From positions 32,001 through 96,000 of the forward strand of contig CBDHEC010000056.1 in assembly GCA_965261975.1 (NCBI GenBank): 64,000 nt of DNA. Direction: 5' to 3'. The position numbers were made by a program, and so were the translations under genes. Source of the stretch: Alphaproteobacteria bacterium (GTDB lineage: Bacteria > Pseudomonadota > Alphaproteobacteria > UBA6615). Of the stretch, positions 49,999 to 61,967 are shown in pieces. Under the pieces are notes generated by a model. That model saw nothing but the letters and a program-made list of their open reading frames with translations, did not search any database and was not told the DNA's origin. Numbering within the stretch: position 1 is the stretch's first letter; each line of letters opens with the position of its first letter.

Positions 49999-51198
49999 CT
50001 AGCAGAGGTCCGTCCTCTGGTCACGTACCCGGAGCACCTCGGTGAGGCACAGAAACAGGTGATAGAAACTCGATGCGGGTGCGGTTTCGGCGAATCCGCG
50101 ACCGTTGGCGTCCAGATGGTCCTGCCAGTTGCCGTGGCCGACGGCGAGATACAGGCCGAACAGGCGCGACAAAAGCTGCTCGAGATGCCCGGCCGCATCG
50201 GTGTCGGGGCCGTCTTCCAGGCGCGCCAACTGTGCCTTGATGGCCTCGGTCTGGACCCATAGGCGCTTGTTGTCGTCGAGCGAGGTGCCGTGGCCGAGCC
50301 GGGCATCGTCCCCGCTGCGCAGCACCGAATCGAACGCCAGGCCCTGGGCCGGCCCGGGCTCATGATCGCTGCCATGGGCCATGGCGAACGCGTAAAGCGC
50401 GTTTGCTTCCGCCCGCATATCTGCACCGCTGGCCTCGGCGTAGCGCCGGAGCAGCCACACCCATTCGAAATGGTGTCCGGGTTCGACGATCTGTCCGGCG
50501 GTGCCGGGTGCGGTCGCCCAGTCCGCGTCGAAGAACTCGCCAAGGGTGCCGGTGCCGGGGTCGAGAAAGCGGGTGCGGAACAGATCAATGATCACCCGCG
50601 CCCGGTCGAGATAGGCCGTGTCGGCGGTGGCGCCGTGAAGCGCGAGCAATGCTTCCAGCAGATGCATATGGGGGTTCTGGCGGCGCGGCAGGTCATGTGC
50701 CGGGTTTTCGAAATACCCGCCATGCGCCGGGTCCGCGAGGTTTTCGTCGAGAAAGGCCAGCGTGCGTTCAGCCCAGATCAGCGCATCGGGATCGCCGCTG
50801 GCGCGGTGGTACCAGGCAAAGGCATAGAGCGCGAAAGCTTGCTCATAGGCCTCGATCCGGACATCGGCCGGGGTGCCGTCGCGGGCGGTCGAGAAAACAA
50901 ATCCGCCGCCATCCTCGCGCCAGTAATGCCGGGTGAGAAACTCATAGCCGCCGCGTGCGACATCGAGGGCGCTCGGGCCGCCGGCAGGCGGGTTCCAGCC
51001 CAGACGATGTGCATGGCTGTAGACATAAATCTGCCGCGCCTGCACGCGCATGCGCTTGTCGCGGTCGTACAACGGTTTGCCGTCGAGGGTCAGGCATTCG
51101 ACGAAGCCGCCCGCCATATCGTCATACCCGGCATGGGACCAGAGCGGCAGCGCCTGGCGGGTCAGCCATTCATGGATATGGGCCGCGTCGATGGTCAT
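49999..51198 (-). CDS. AGE family (N-acylglucosamine 2-epimerase/mannose isomerase-like) protein
   Basis: RVQARQIY; QNPHMHLLEA; EPGHHFEW; LWVQTE; SSFYH. Confidence 0.9.
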   Translation of the reverse strand: MTIDAAHIHEWLTRQALPLWSHAGYDDMAGGFVECLTLDGKPLYDRDKRMRVQARQIYVYSHAHRLGWNPPAGGPSALDVARGGYEFLTRHYWREDGGGFVFSTARDGTPADVRIEAYEQAFALYAFAWYHRASGDPDALIWAERTLAFLDENLADPAHGGYFENPAHDLPRRQNPHMHLLEALLALHGATADTAYLDRARVIIDLFRTRFLDPGTGTLGEFFDADWATAPGTAGQIVEPGHHFEWVWLLRRYAEASGADMRAEANALYAFAMAHGSDHEPGPAQGLAFDSVLRSGDDARLGHGTSLDDNKRLWVQTEAIKAQLARLEDGPDTDAAGHLEQLLSRLFGLYLAVGHGNWQDHLDANGRGFAETAPASSFYHLFLCLTEVLRVRDQRTDLC

Positions 51199-52151
51199 GG
51201 TCCTATCCGGTCGATCAAAAGTTCCGCGGCCGCGAGGTCCTCGAGCGCCGTTCCCACGGATTTGAACATGGTGATCTCGGTGATGGAAGAGCGACCGATA
51301 TGCTCATCCCGGCATAATTCGGAGAGCTCGGCGACGATATCGTCCGGGGCGATCAGGCCGGCAGCCAGGGGCTGGGTGATGTCGCCGGCCTCGGACATGG
51401 CGCCCGCGCGGGTATCGACAAAAATACGTGCGCGGCCGATGGCCGTGTCGTCTGCCTCGCGCATGTCCGGGCGAAAGCCGCCCACCAGATCGACATGGGT
51501 GCCCGGTCCGAGCCATTCGCCGTCGAAAACCGGCACGCGAGATGTGGTCGCGCAGCTGACGATGTCCGCATCGGCGATTGCGGCCTCCAGATCGTCGCAG
51601 GCCGCGATGTCGAACCCCTGGCCGGACATCCGGCGGGCGAGGCTTTCGGCCTTTTCCCGGTCGCGCCCCCATACGGCGACTTGGGCGATCGGGCGCTCGG
51701 CGCGATGGGCCGTGATCAGGTCCGGTGCGAGCCGGCCGGTGCCGATCATGACAAGCCGCTGCGAATCCGGTCGTGACAGAAACCGTGACGCGAGCGCGGA
51801 CGCAGCCGCTGTGCGTCGCGCGGTCAGGGCGGGCCCGTCGATCAGAGCGCGCGGCGCGCCTGATTGTCCATCGAGCAACAGATAGACGCCCTGGACGGAG
51901 GGTTGAGGTGTGCCTTGTGACGGGTTGTCCGGATGAACCGTGACCGTTTTCACGCCGATATGGCGTGGCGGCAGCTCATTGTCCCATGCGGGCATCAACA
52001 GCAATGTTGCGTCGTCTCGCGCGCCCATGGGGATGCTGTGATGGTGGCGGACCGGTGCGACGGCGCCATCGCGAAACGCCGCGTGCAACGCCGCCACGAG
52101 GCTGGGCGCGTCGAGCAATGCGTCGACGGTTGCCGGGTCGATGGTCTGCAA
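51195..52151 (-). CDS. Ornithine cyclodeaminase/mu-crystallin family protein
   Basis: LLMPAW; TARRTAAAS; GTGRLA; FKSVG.ALED. Confidence 0.9.
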   Translation of the reverse strand: MQTIDPATVDALLDAPSLVAALHAAFRDGAVAPVRHHHSIPMGARDDATLLLMPAWDNELPPRHIGVKTVTVHPDNPSQGTPQPSVQGVYLLLDGQSGAPRALIDGPALTARRTAAASALASRFLSRPDSQRLVMIGTGRLAPDLITAHRAERPIAQVAVWGRDREKAESLARRMSGQGFDIAACDDLEAAIADADIVSCATTSRVPVFDGEWLGPGTHVDLVGGFRPDMREADDTAIGRARIFVDTRAGAMSEAGDITQPLAAGLIAPDDIVAELSELCRDEHIGRSSITEITMFKSVGTALEDLAAAELLIDRIGP

Positions 52152-52158
52152 GCCGGGA

Positions 52159-52479
52159 CTAGTCCGTGCGCGCCGGTGGCTGTGCCACGGGCGTCGGCGA
52201 GGTTGTGCGTTCGGCGGCGTCCAGCTTGCGTTCGAGCTCGCGGATTTTTCCCGCTCGTTCGCGCGCGCGCCTTCGCGTCGGTGCAGCGGTGATCCACATC
52301 AATGTTGCGCCAAGGGCAAACCCGACCCCGAGACCGATAAACACGAAAATGAACAGAGGCCATGTGATGACCAGATCGAGCGGCCAGAGACTGACGCCGG
52401 CGTCACCGCGATTGTTGACCGCGAAGACGACCACGATGATCGCGACCGGAATGGTAATTAGCAAGCGCAGGCGGTTCAC
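52159..52479 (-). CDS. LapA-domain (LPS assembly protein A-like) membrane protein
   Basis: FAVNNR..V.LWP, two transmembrane segments and a coiled tail; downstream of ihfB. Confidence 0.8.
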   Translation of the reverse strand: MNRLRLLITIPVAIIVVVFAVNNRGDAGVSLWPLDLVITWPLFIFVFIGLGVGFALGATLMWITAAPTRRRARERAGKIRELERKLDAAERTTSPTPVAQPPARTD

Positions 52480-52657
52480 GACGCATCTCCAGGGTCGGTC
52501 ATGGATTCTGCCAGTTAGTTCAAAGCATTGCCGTCGGCGGACTGCGATCGGCACCCATGCCTGACAATGGGGCCGAGTTTACCCCATTCGTCGTGTGAAT
52601 GAATGATGTGCGTGGACGTTGGCGTCAGAAAGTCCGACGATGGCGTCAGGCTGCGGA

Positions 52658-52939
52658 TTACTCGCCGTTGAGGCGTTCGCGCAGTTCCTTGCCGGTCTTG
52701 AAATAGGGAACAACCTTGGCGTCGACATCGACGGCGGCGCCGGTGCGTGGGTTCCGGCCGGTTCGTGCGGCGCGTTGTTTGACCGAAAAGGCGCCGAAAC
52801 CACGCAGTTCGACCCGGTCCCCGCGCGCCAGGGCAGCGGTGATCTCTTCCAGGATTGTTGCCACGATACGTTCCGCGTCGCGTTGCAGCAGGTGCGGGTT
52901 GCGCTCGGCCAGGCGCTGTATCAATTCCGACTTGGTCAT
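52658..52939 (-). CDS. ihfB: Integration host factor beta subunit
   Basis: MTKSELI; [10 protein letters not shown]; GRNPRTG; [14 protein letters not shown]. Confidence 0.97.
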   Translation of the reverse strand: MTKSELIQRLAERNPHLLQRDAERIVATILEEITAALARGDRVELRGFGAFSVKQRAARTGRNPRTGAAVDVDAKVVPYFKTGKELRERLNGE

Positions 52940-53012
52940 CCTATTCCCCCGGGGATTCGCCAATCCCGCATATTCGCCTTCCCCCGAAGGCTCAGCTGCC
53001 ATTCTGTTAACG

Positions 53013-53924
53013 TCAGCGCGCCGAAGGTTGCCAAAGCGAAACCAGACCGTCAAGTGTTAATGCATTGGAAAACAACGATTTTCCCGCAAGTCCCGTGATC
53101 TTCTCCAGGAAACTGTCCGAGTCGGCGTTGGTCCGCACGGATTCGACCGGGAGTCCGCCGGGGACATCGCGCTCTCGAACCATCCAGTCGATTGCCGCCG
53201 CCTCGTCGCCGATTGCATCGATCAGGTTATTCTCCACCGCCTGACGCCCCGAGAACACGCGGCCATCGGCCAGACGGCGGACGGCCTCGGTATCGATGGG
53301 CCGGCGGTCGATCACCAGATCGACAAAAAAGTCATAGAGATCGAGCACCACCTGCTCCGTCACGGCCCGGCCCTCAGGTGTCAGGGGTTCGACGGGCGAG
53401 GGGACCCCTTTCAGCTCACTCGACTTGATGGTGACGGGCTCGACACCGATCCGGTCGAGCAGGTCGCTCACATTGGCGGTTTGCAGGATGACCCCGATGG
53501 AGCCGGTGATCGTGCCCTCGCGAGCGAAGACCCGGTCGGTGGCAATGGCCGTCATATAGGCGGCTGACGTGGCCACGGTGCCCATCACGGTGGCGACCGG
53601 CTTGGCTTGCGCGATGGCGCGCAGGCCGTTGTACAGGTCCTCACCGCCGACGACGCTGCCGCCGGGGCTGTCGATATGCACGATCACGCCGCGTACGTTG
53701 TCGTCCTCGGCCAGCCGGGCCAGGATCCGGCTGCGGGCATCATCGCGGACGATCACGCCCTCGATCTGAATGCGGACGATCCGTTCGCCGCTTAACAACG
53801 TGCCCTGGGCCTGCAAATAGGCCAGTACCGCACCGACCATGACCAGCAACGTGACGGCCTGCCAGACACGCAGCCGGCGTTTCAGCCGGCGGCGGTCAAG
53901 CAGGGCGTCCGTTTCGTAGGACAT
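53013..53924 (-). CDS. sppA: Signal peptide peptidase SppA (36K type)
   Basis: IDSPGG; ATSAAY; TGSIGV; [10 protein letters not shown]. Confidence 0.93.
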   Translation of the reverse strand: MSYETDALLDRRRLKRRLRVWQAVTLLVMVGAVLAYLQAQGTLLSGERIVRIQIEGVIVRDDARSRILARLAEDDNVRGVIVHIDSPGGSVVGGEDLYNGLRAIAQAKPVATVMGTVATSAAYMTAIATDRVFAREGTITGSIGVILQTANVSDLLDRIGVEPVTIKSSELKGVPSPVEPLTPEGRAVTEQVVLDLYDFFVDLVIDRRPIDTEAVRRLADGRVFSGRQAVENNLIDAIGDEAAAIDWMVRERDVPGGLPVESVRTNADSDSFLEKITGLAGKSLFSNALTLDGLVSLWQPSAR

Positions 53925-53948
53925 GGCGGCCGGAAAGGCGCGGAAGTC

Positions 53949-55817
<1,869 letters not shown>

Positions 55818-55949
55818 GTGACGATACGTCCTTTCAGATCATACTTGTCATGCCAACCGGTTGGTTCCGGCGGTCTTTCGCACCCACACGTCTGTCCGGC
55901 CAATCCGGACATTGAAACGGTGCTGGATACGCAAACATTCCAGCCGAGA

Positions 55950-56582
55950 TTAACTGGATAGATCCTCGATATAGGCCCGTGTCTCTTCGAAGACGGCGTC
56001 GGGCGTTTTATCTGAAGTATCGATCTCGCGTGCGTCCCCCGACTGCAATGGGGAGACCTCTCGAGTGCGATCGCGCTCGTCACGCGCTTCTATCTCGGCC
56101 AGGACGGCGGGATATGTACTCTCTAAGCCCTTTTCCTGCAACTCTTTATGGCGCCGTTCCGCCCGGATTTCGGGGCGGGCCGTGACGAAGAGTTTTACGT
56201 CCGCATCCGGACACACGACCGAGCCGATGTCGCGCCCGTCCAGGACGGCCCCCGCCTTACCGTCGGGCGGCGTTTGTGCGAAGCCCCGCTGGAAGTCGAG
56301 CAGCACCGCGCGCACGTCGGGAATCGCCGCCACCTGCGAGGCCGCGTCGGCCACCGTTTCAGTGTGCAGGTCGACGGATTCCAGTTTCGCAGGGTCGAGC
56401 GCTCTGGCCGCACGGACCGCGTCGTTTTCGTTGGACGGATCGCCGCCATCGGCGAGCACGAGGTAGCCCACTGAACGATAAAGACGGCCGGTATCCAGAA
56501 AGGCGAAATCGAAATGCGCCGCGAGCCGCCTGGCCAGTGTGCCCTTGCCGGCGGCAGCCGGTCCGTCGATCGCGATGATCAT
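55950..56582 (-). CDS. cmk: Cytidylate kinase
   Basis: IAIDGPAAAGKGT; LDTG.LYR; LDGRDIG. Confidence 0.96.
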   Translation of the reverse strand: MIIAIDGPAAAGKGTLARRLAAHFDFAFLDTGRLYRSVGYLVLADGGDPSNENDAVRAARALDPAKLESVDLHTETVADAASQVAAIPDVRAVLLDFQRGFAQTPPDGKAGAVLDGRDIGSVVCPDADVKLFVTARPEIRAERRHKELQEKGLESTYPAVLAEIEARDERDRTREVSPLQSGDAREIDTSDKTPDAVFEETRAYIEDLSS

Positions 56583-57946
56583 GCGCTTTGTTCCGTGCCG
56601 ACTTCCGAAATATCCGCACCGAGCTCGCCCATGGTCTCGATGAATCCCGGAAAACTCGTCTGGACGGTGCGGACATCGTCGATCGTGACCGGGTTTTCCG
56701 TCGCCAGGCCGAGGACCAGGAAGCTCATCGCGATCCGATGGTCGAGATTGGCGGCAATTTCGCCGCCGCCGGGCGGCGGGCCGTCGCAACCCTGGATCAC
56801 CAGCCGGTCTTCCTCGCTCCACACGGCCACCCCGCAGGCCGCGAGCCCCGCTTCCACGGCGGCCAGGCGGTCGCTTTCCTTGACCCGCAATTCGCCGACA
56901 CCCTCGAACACGGTGGTCCCCGACGCGCAGGCCGCCGCCGCCGCCAGCACGGGATACTCGTCGATCATGGACGGTGCACGTTCCGCAGGCACGATCACGC
57001 CTTTCAGGGATCGGGCGCGGATGCACAGGTCGGCGACGGGTTCACCGCCGACATCGCGGGGATTGTCGCGGGAGATATCGGCACCCATTTCGGTCAATGT
57101 ATCGAACAGGCCGATGCGGGCCGGGTTCATGCCGACCGCCGGCAGGTGTACCTCCGAGCCCGTGACGATCGCCGCGGCGACGGCCGGGAAGGCGGCCGAA
57201 CTCGGGTCGGCGGGGACTTCTATTTCCGCCGCATTCAGTTCTGGCAGGCCGGTGATCGTGATCCGGCGGCCTTCATCCGTTTCCGTGATCTCGAGTTCCG
57301 CACCCATATGGGCGAGCATGCGCTCGGTATGGTCGCGGGTTGGTGCGGCTTCGATCACGCTCGTTTTCCCGGGCGCGTGGAGCCCGGCCAGAAGAATCGC
57401 GGATTTCACCTGGGCCGATGGCACCGGCAGTACATATTCCATGGGCAGCAGGTCGGCGGTGCCGGTGATCGACAGGGGCATCCGGCCGCCGTCACGCGAC
57501 GACGATTGTATCCCCATCTCGGTGAGCGGTTCGATGACCCGGCCCATGGGCCGGGCGCGCAGGGAATCGTCGCCGGTCAGGATGGCGGTGAAATCATGGC
57601 CGGCGAGCAGGCCGCAGAGGAGCCGGGCCGCGGTGCCGGAGTTGCCCATGTCCAGCACGTCGTCGGGTGCGTGCAGGCCACCCACACCGACGCCGTGGAT
57701 TTCCCAGGCGCCGTTATCGCCACGCGTGATGGCGACCCCCATGCGACGCAGGGCGGCCGCCGTGGCCAGCACGTCCTCGCCCTCGAGCAGCCCTTCCGCG
57801 CGGGTCGTTCCGACGGCGAGCGCGCCCAGCATCAGCGCGCGATGCGAGATCGATTTGTCGCCGGGCACGCGCACCCGGCCGGTGAGGGCCGTGCTGTGGC
57901 GCGCGGTTGCGGGAGCGGGAGATTGGGTTGTGGCGTTGTCGGTCAT
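56579..57946 (-). CDS. aroA: EPSP synthase (class II)
   Basis: PGDKSISHR; GNSGT; SAQVKS; RDHTE; ELRVKESDR; DHRIAMS. Confidence 0.97.
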   Translation of the reverse strand: MTDNATTQSPAPATARHSTALTGRVRVPGDKSISHRALMLGALAVGTTRAEGLLEGEDVLATAAALRRMGVAITRGDNGAWEIHGVGVGGLHAPDDVLDMGNSGTAARLLCGLLAGHDFTAILTGDDSLRARPMGRVIEPLTEMGIQSSSRDGGRMPLSITGTADLLPMEYVLPVPSAQVKSAILLAGLHAPGKTSVIEAAPTRDHTERMLAHMGAELEITETDEGRRITITGLPELNAAEIEVPADPSSAAFPAVAAAIVTGSEVHLPAVGMNPARIGLFDTLTEMGADISRDNPRDVGGEPVADLCIRARSLKGVIVPAERAPSMIDEYPVLAAAAACASGTTVFEGVGELRVKESDRLAAVEAGLAACGVAVWSEEDRLVIQGCDGPPPGGGEIAANLDHRIAMSFLVLGLATENPVTIDDVRTVQTSFPGFIETMGELGADISEVGTEQSA

Positions 57947-58138
57947 GGCTTCTGTCTTGTCCGGGCGGCGACCGATTAGCACAAGTTTCGGTGCCGGGCC
58001 ATGAACCTGGTGGGCCTTTGCGGCGTCTTTGGCGCCGCCGGGTTGCGACAAAGTGAGTGTGGACCGCAGATTTGCTTTTGACAGGCCGTGCTGTTCATGG
58101 CACACGGCGCGTCCGAAACACACCGGAGGGTACCACCA

Positions 58139-58489
58139 GTGGCAAAACCCGAATGGGGCGTAAAGCGGACATGCTTGGCATGTGGCGCACGCTTCTATGA
58201 CATGCAGAAATCACCGATCGTCTGCCCGAGCTGCGAAGCCGAGTTCGACCCGGAGGCGATCTTCCGCCCGCGGCGCAATCGCCCGGCCGACGCCGAGGCT
58301 CCCGCACCGGCGAATGACGACGCCGCCAAGCCGGCCGCCACCGCGGAGGATGAGGTCGAAGCGTTGGTCAGCGACGTTGAGGTCGAGGATGACGACGACG
58401 ATGATGATGCCGCGCTCGCGCCGGACCTCGACGACGATGAGGATGATGAGCCCGTTGTCGTGATCAAGAACGACGACGACGAGAGCTAG
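58139..58489 (+). CDS. TIGR02300/FYDLN acidic zinc-ribbon protein
   Basis: AKPEWGVKRTCLACGARFYDM…CPSC plus an Asp/Glu-rich tail; divergent from aroA and next to tRNA-Ala. Confidence 0.9.
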   Translation: MAKPEWGVKRTCLACGARFYDMQKSPIVCPSCEAEFDPEAIFRPRRNRPADAEAPAPANDDAAKPAATAEDEVEALVSDVEVEDDDDDDDAALAPDLDDDEDDEPVVVIKNDDDES

Positions 58490-58592
58490 GCGGGCCAAGG
58501 GGAAAAACCACTTGCGTTGATCGGCGGGTCCAGTATCTTCCCGCCGCCCGGCCGAAAGGCCGAACGCCACAAGATTAGAGTTCAAGAGTTTT

Positions 58593-58668
<76 letters not shown>

Positions 58669-58671
58669 TTT

Positions 58672-58712
58672 AAAACAAGGGCTTAGCGAGAAATCGCTAG
58701 GCCCTTTGTTTT
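58672..58712 (+). terminator. Hairpin/terminator after the tRNA
   Basis: AAAACAAGGG-CTTAGCGA-GAAA-TCGCTAGG-CCCTTTGTTTT inverted repeat. Confidence 0.75.
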
Positions 58713-58715
58713 GCC

Positions 58716-58734
58716 GGGTAAGCGCTGGGTAAGC
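58716..58734 (+). repeat. Direct repeat GGGTAAGC x2 with 11-bp period; candidate integrase arm sites
   Basis: Copies at 58716-58723 and 58727-58734, just 3' of the tRNA hairpin. Confidence 0.5.
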
Positions 58735-58953
58735 AGGTGTCGCGATCTGGCCCGGGGATCGCTGGATGTTGTGGGGGCCTTGCTGGGCAATAGCCGAAGC
58801 GATGCGTTCGGTTTTCGGACCGATGCCACCTAATAACGAATCTCCTTGACCTGACTCGCCTGTGTTCCCATCTTCAGTGGGTCAGCCTCGTGGACTCGAG
58901 GGCGGGCATACATCAACGAGCTGCCGGACGGTGGCATCGATAAGGAGAAAGAC

Positions 58954-60135
58954 ATGCTGGAAAAATTCCGGTTCAAGACAGCGTACGCGCGTCGCATTCC
59001 CGATCCCAATTTCAAGAACGAGCACGGCACGGAGAGGCACCTCTTCGTCATGCCGGTGAAGTCGATTCCGACAGGAATCGGGCTCGACCCCAACGCCCGC
59101 AAGCCCAACATTCAGAAGCGTGTCTATCGTAAGGTGGAGGCGAGCCTGCTTCAGCAGGACGACAGCCCGAAGGGCACGTTCCACCTGAAGAGCAAGGGCA
59201 TCACGATCATCGCCCAGGCAGTGAAGCAGCTTGGCGACAACGAGTACGAGGTGGCCATCGAGTCCGGTATCCACGGGATCGTTGATGGCGGCCATACTTA
59301 CAAGCTCATCACTGAAAACCAGGATAATGACGATCTTTCCGATGACCAGTACGTGAACGTTGAAGTTCGCGTTGGAGTCCCTGAGCGGTGGATTCCGGAA
59401 ATTGCCGGCGGCCTCAATACGTCGGTGCAGGTCCAGGACATGAGCCTTGACGATCTCTCTGGTCAGTTTGAATGGCTGAAGGGTTGTCTTCGTGGTGAAT
59501 CGTACTTCGACAAGATCGCTTGGTCTGAGAACGATCCGGGTGACTACGATGCCCGTGACATCATCAGCATGCTGTTGTGCTTCAACGTGGCGCTGTTCCC
59601 GAACGATCAGGAAGAACATCCGGTCGCGGCGTACGAGAAGAAGTCTGCGGCTCTGAAGATGTTCGAGGAGAACACTGAGAGCTTCAAGCGCATGAAGCCG
59701 ATCATCAAGGACATCCTGCGTTTCCACGACATCGTCTCGATGCATGGTCGGCAGCTCTACAATCAGGCTGGTGGTGCCAAGGGCGGTTCACTCGCATTCG
59801 TCGATCACCGCAAGCGTAGGAAGTACCAGTTTACCTTCACGGGCGAGGAAGATGCGTTCCGGCTCGCGCCGGGTGCCCTCTATCCGATGATGGCGTCGTT
59901 CCGCTGGTATGTCGTCCAGGATCAGGAAACCCTGAAGATGAAATGGCGCGGCGGGTTCAAGGCGGTTCTTGCTGCCTGGCAGGATCTGGGCGGTGATCTG
60001 ATGCGGGCGACGGTCCAGACCAGCAACGAGCTGGGACGTAACCCGCAGTCGATCGGCAAGAGCCGCAATCACTGGTCGAATCTGCACTCGCGGGTCGTGA
60101 AGTACGACCTGATGAGCCAGCAGCAGTCTGCCTGA
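58954..60135 (+). CDS. AIPR-like (abortive infection phage resistance) protein
   Basis: LDPNAR, FHLKSKGITIIA, GIVDGGHT and LNTSVQV parallel the AIPR motifs NxR, FxxxNNGITI, IVNGxQT and N..xV; codon usage differs from the flanking core genes. Confidence 0.75.
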   Translation: MLEKFRFKTAYARRIPDPNFKNEHGTERHLFVMPVKSIPTGIGLDPNARKPNIQKRVYRKVEASLLQQDDSPKGTFHLKSKGITIIAQAVKQLGDNEYEVAIESGIHGIVDGGHTYKLITENQDNDDLSDDQYVNVEVRVGVPERWIPEIAGGLNTSVQVQDMSLDDLSGQFEWLKGCLRGESYFDKIAWSENDPGDYDARDIISMLLCFNVALFPNDQEEHPVAAYEKKSAALKMFEENTESFKRMKPIIKDILRFHDIVSMHGRQLYNQAGGAKGGSLAFVDHRKRRKYQFTFTGEEDAFRLAPGALYPMMASFRWYVVQDQETLKMKWRGGFKAVLAAWQDLGGDLMRATVQTSNELGRNPQSIGKSRNHWSNLHSRVVKYDLMSQQQSA

Positions 60136-60289
60136 CGAGACTTGGGCCGGGCGGTCTTGCGTTCCACGCAGGGCCGCCCCTCGCCCGTTCGCCTTGACGT
60201 CTGTACACCGCGACAATCACACCGATGGCGAGCATGCGGCCTTAATGTCTACCCAGGGTAGACTTGGTGGGCATGTTCAAGGGGGAAAC

Positions 60290-60741
60290 ATGAACGAGGA
60301 TCCCAAGGGCGGCGATCTTTTCATCGTCGATAACAGTATTTCTGGGTGGACGGCGCTCCGCTACCTGACCGAGTGGGCGGAGCTCGCGAAGAGCTTCGAC
60401 GTCGCCACTGGTTACTTCGAGATCGGCGGGCTGCTCGCCATGGAGGACAATTGGCAGCAGCTCGACAAGATTCGAATTCTCATGGGCGACGAGACGACGG
60501 CGCGTTCAAAGAAGGCGATCCTCGAGGCCATTCGCTCGAACGCAGAGGCACGCCTCGACGACAGCCTCGAGGCCGAGAAGACCGACCGGCCTTTCCTCGA
60601 TGGCGTTCCCGCGATCGAGGCGGCGCTGCGCGCAGGAAAGATCGAGTGCCGTGTCTATAATAAGGACAAGTTCCACGCGAAGGCCTACATCACCCATGCC
60701 AAAGTCGATGTGATCGGTGCCCAGGCGCTGGTCGGTTCGAG
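60290..60741 (+). pseudogene. N-terminal PLD (HKD nuclease) domain fragment, probably of a PLD-helicase fusion; interrupted by an IS
   Basis: FDVATGYF, IRILMG, KFHAKAYI…ALVGSS; the expected GSSN motif is cut by the IS left end at 60742. Confidence 0.75.
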
Positions 60742-60816
60742 TGACCTGCTCCCCTGAATTCGGTCCAGGGAAATTGAGAGAGTCCGGCTAACCTGAACCT
60801 CGAGGAGGAGGAGACG

Positions 60817-61095
60817 ATGAGCCGGAAGCGATACACCCCAGAACAGATTATCGGGATGCTGCGGGAGGCCGAGGTGCGCCTGTCGCAGGGCGAGACGGTC
60901 GGCGTGATCTGCCGAGGTCTGAGTATCTCGGAGCAGAGTTATTACCGCTGGCGTCGCGAGTATGGCGGATTGCGAGTGGACCAGGCGAAGCGTCTGAAGG
61001 AACTGGAGAAGGAGAACGCGCGGCTTCGGCGGGCGGTCTCTGATCTGACGCTGGACAAGCTGATCCTGAAAGAGGTTGCGGAGGGAAACTTCTAA
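60817..61095 (+). CDS. IS3 transposase OrfA (HTH plus leucine zipper)
   Basis: KRYTPEQII; [10 protein letters not shown]; [13 protein letters not shown]; G-GGA-AAC -1 slippery site at 61083-61089. Confidence 0.92.
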   Translation: MSRKRYTPEQIIGMLREAEVRLSQGETVGVICRGLSISEQSYYRWRREYGGLRVDQAKRLKELEKENARLRRAVSDLTLDKLILKEVAEGNF

Positions 61096-61967
61096 GCCCC
61101 GCACGCCGTCGTGCCGCGGTCGATCACGTGCAGAGCCGGTTCGATGTATCGGAACGCCGTGCCTGTCGTGTGATTGGCCAACACCGCTCGACGCAGCGCC
61201 GCACAGCGGTCCGTCGTGACGATGAAGACGCCCTGACGGCTGCGATTGTTGATCTGGCATCCAAATATGGCCGTTACGGCTATCGCCGGGTCGCGGCGCT
61301 GCTGCGTGCCCAGGGGTGGCACGTCAACGTCAAACGGGTGTGGCGTATCTGGCGGCGTGAGGGGCTGAAGGTGCCCTCAAAACAGCCCAAACGCGGGCGG
61401 TTGTGGCTCAATGACGGGTCGTGTGTTCGGCTCAGGCCGAGCTGGCCGAACCATGTCTGGGCCTACGACTTCGTCCAGGATCGCACGCATGACGGCCGTG
61501 CTATCCGGATGCTGACGGTGATCGACGAGTACACCCGCCAGTGCCTGGCCATCGAGGTTGCCCGCCGCCTGCGTCACGACGATGTGCTGCAGGTGCTGGC
61601 CGAGCTGTTCACGCGGCATGGGCCGCCGGATCACATCCGCTCGGACAACGGCAGTGAGTTCACTGCCATCGCCGTGCGCGATTGGCTGCCGAGGCTTGGC
61701 GTGAAGACGCTGTTCATCGAACCCGGGTCGCCCTGGGAGAACGGCTACAACGAGAGCTTCAATGGCAAGCTGCGCGACGAGCTGCTCAACGGCGAGATCT
61801 TCTACACGCTACAGGAGGCGACGGTGCTCATCGAACGCTGGCGCCAGCACTACAACACCGTCAGGCCGCACAGTTCGCTCGGCTACAGGCCACCCGCGCC
61901 AGTCACGGTCTTGCCGCCAATGGCCAGATCGAACTACCCTCAAACCGTCCGGACCCTCTCACAGTGA
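61092..61967 (+). CDS. IS3 transposase OrfB (DDE/rve), -1 frame relative to OrfA
   Basis: YGYRR; WAYDFV; RSDNGSEF; [18 protein letters not shown]; [12 protein letters not shown]. Confidence 0.92.
   Translation, partial: LSPARRRAAVDHVQSRFDVSERRACRVIGQHRSTQRRTAVRRDDEDALTAAIVDLASKYGRYGYRRVAALLRAQGWHVNVKRVWRIWRREGLKVPSKQPKRGRLWLNDGSCVRLRPSWPNHVWAYDFVQDRTHDGRAIRMLTVIDEYTRQCLAIEVARRLRHDDVLQVLAELFTRHGPPDHIRSDNGSEFTAIAVRDWLPRLGVKTLFIEPGSPWENGYNESFNGKLRDELLNGEIFYTLQEATVLIERWRQHYNTVRPHSSLGYRPPAPVTVLPPMARSNYPQTVRTLSQ

Noticed and set aside
58380-58486. GAC/GAT trinucleotide runs
   Set aside because: They encode the acidic tail typical of TIGR02300 proteins
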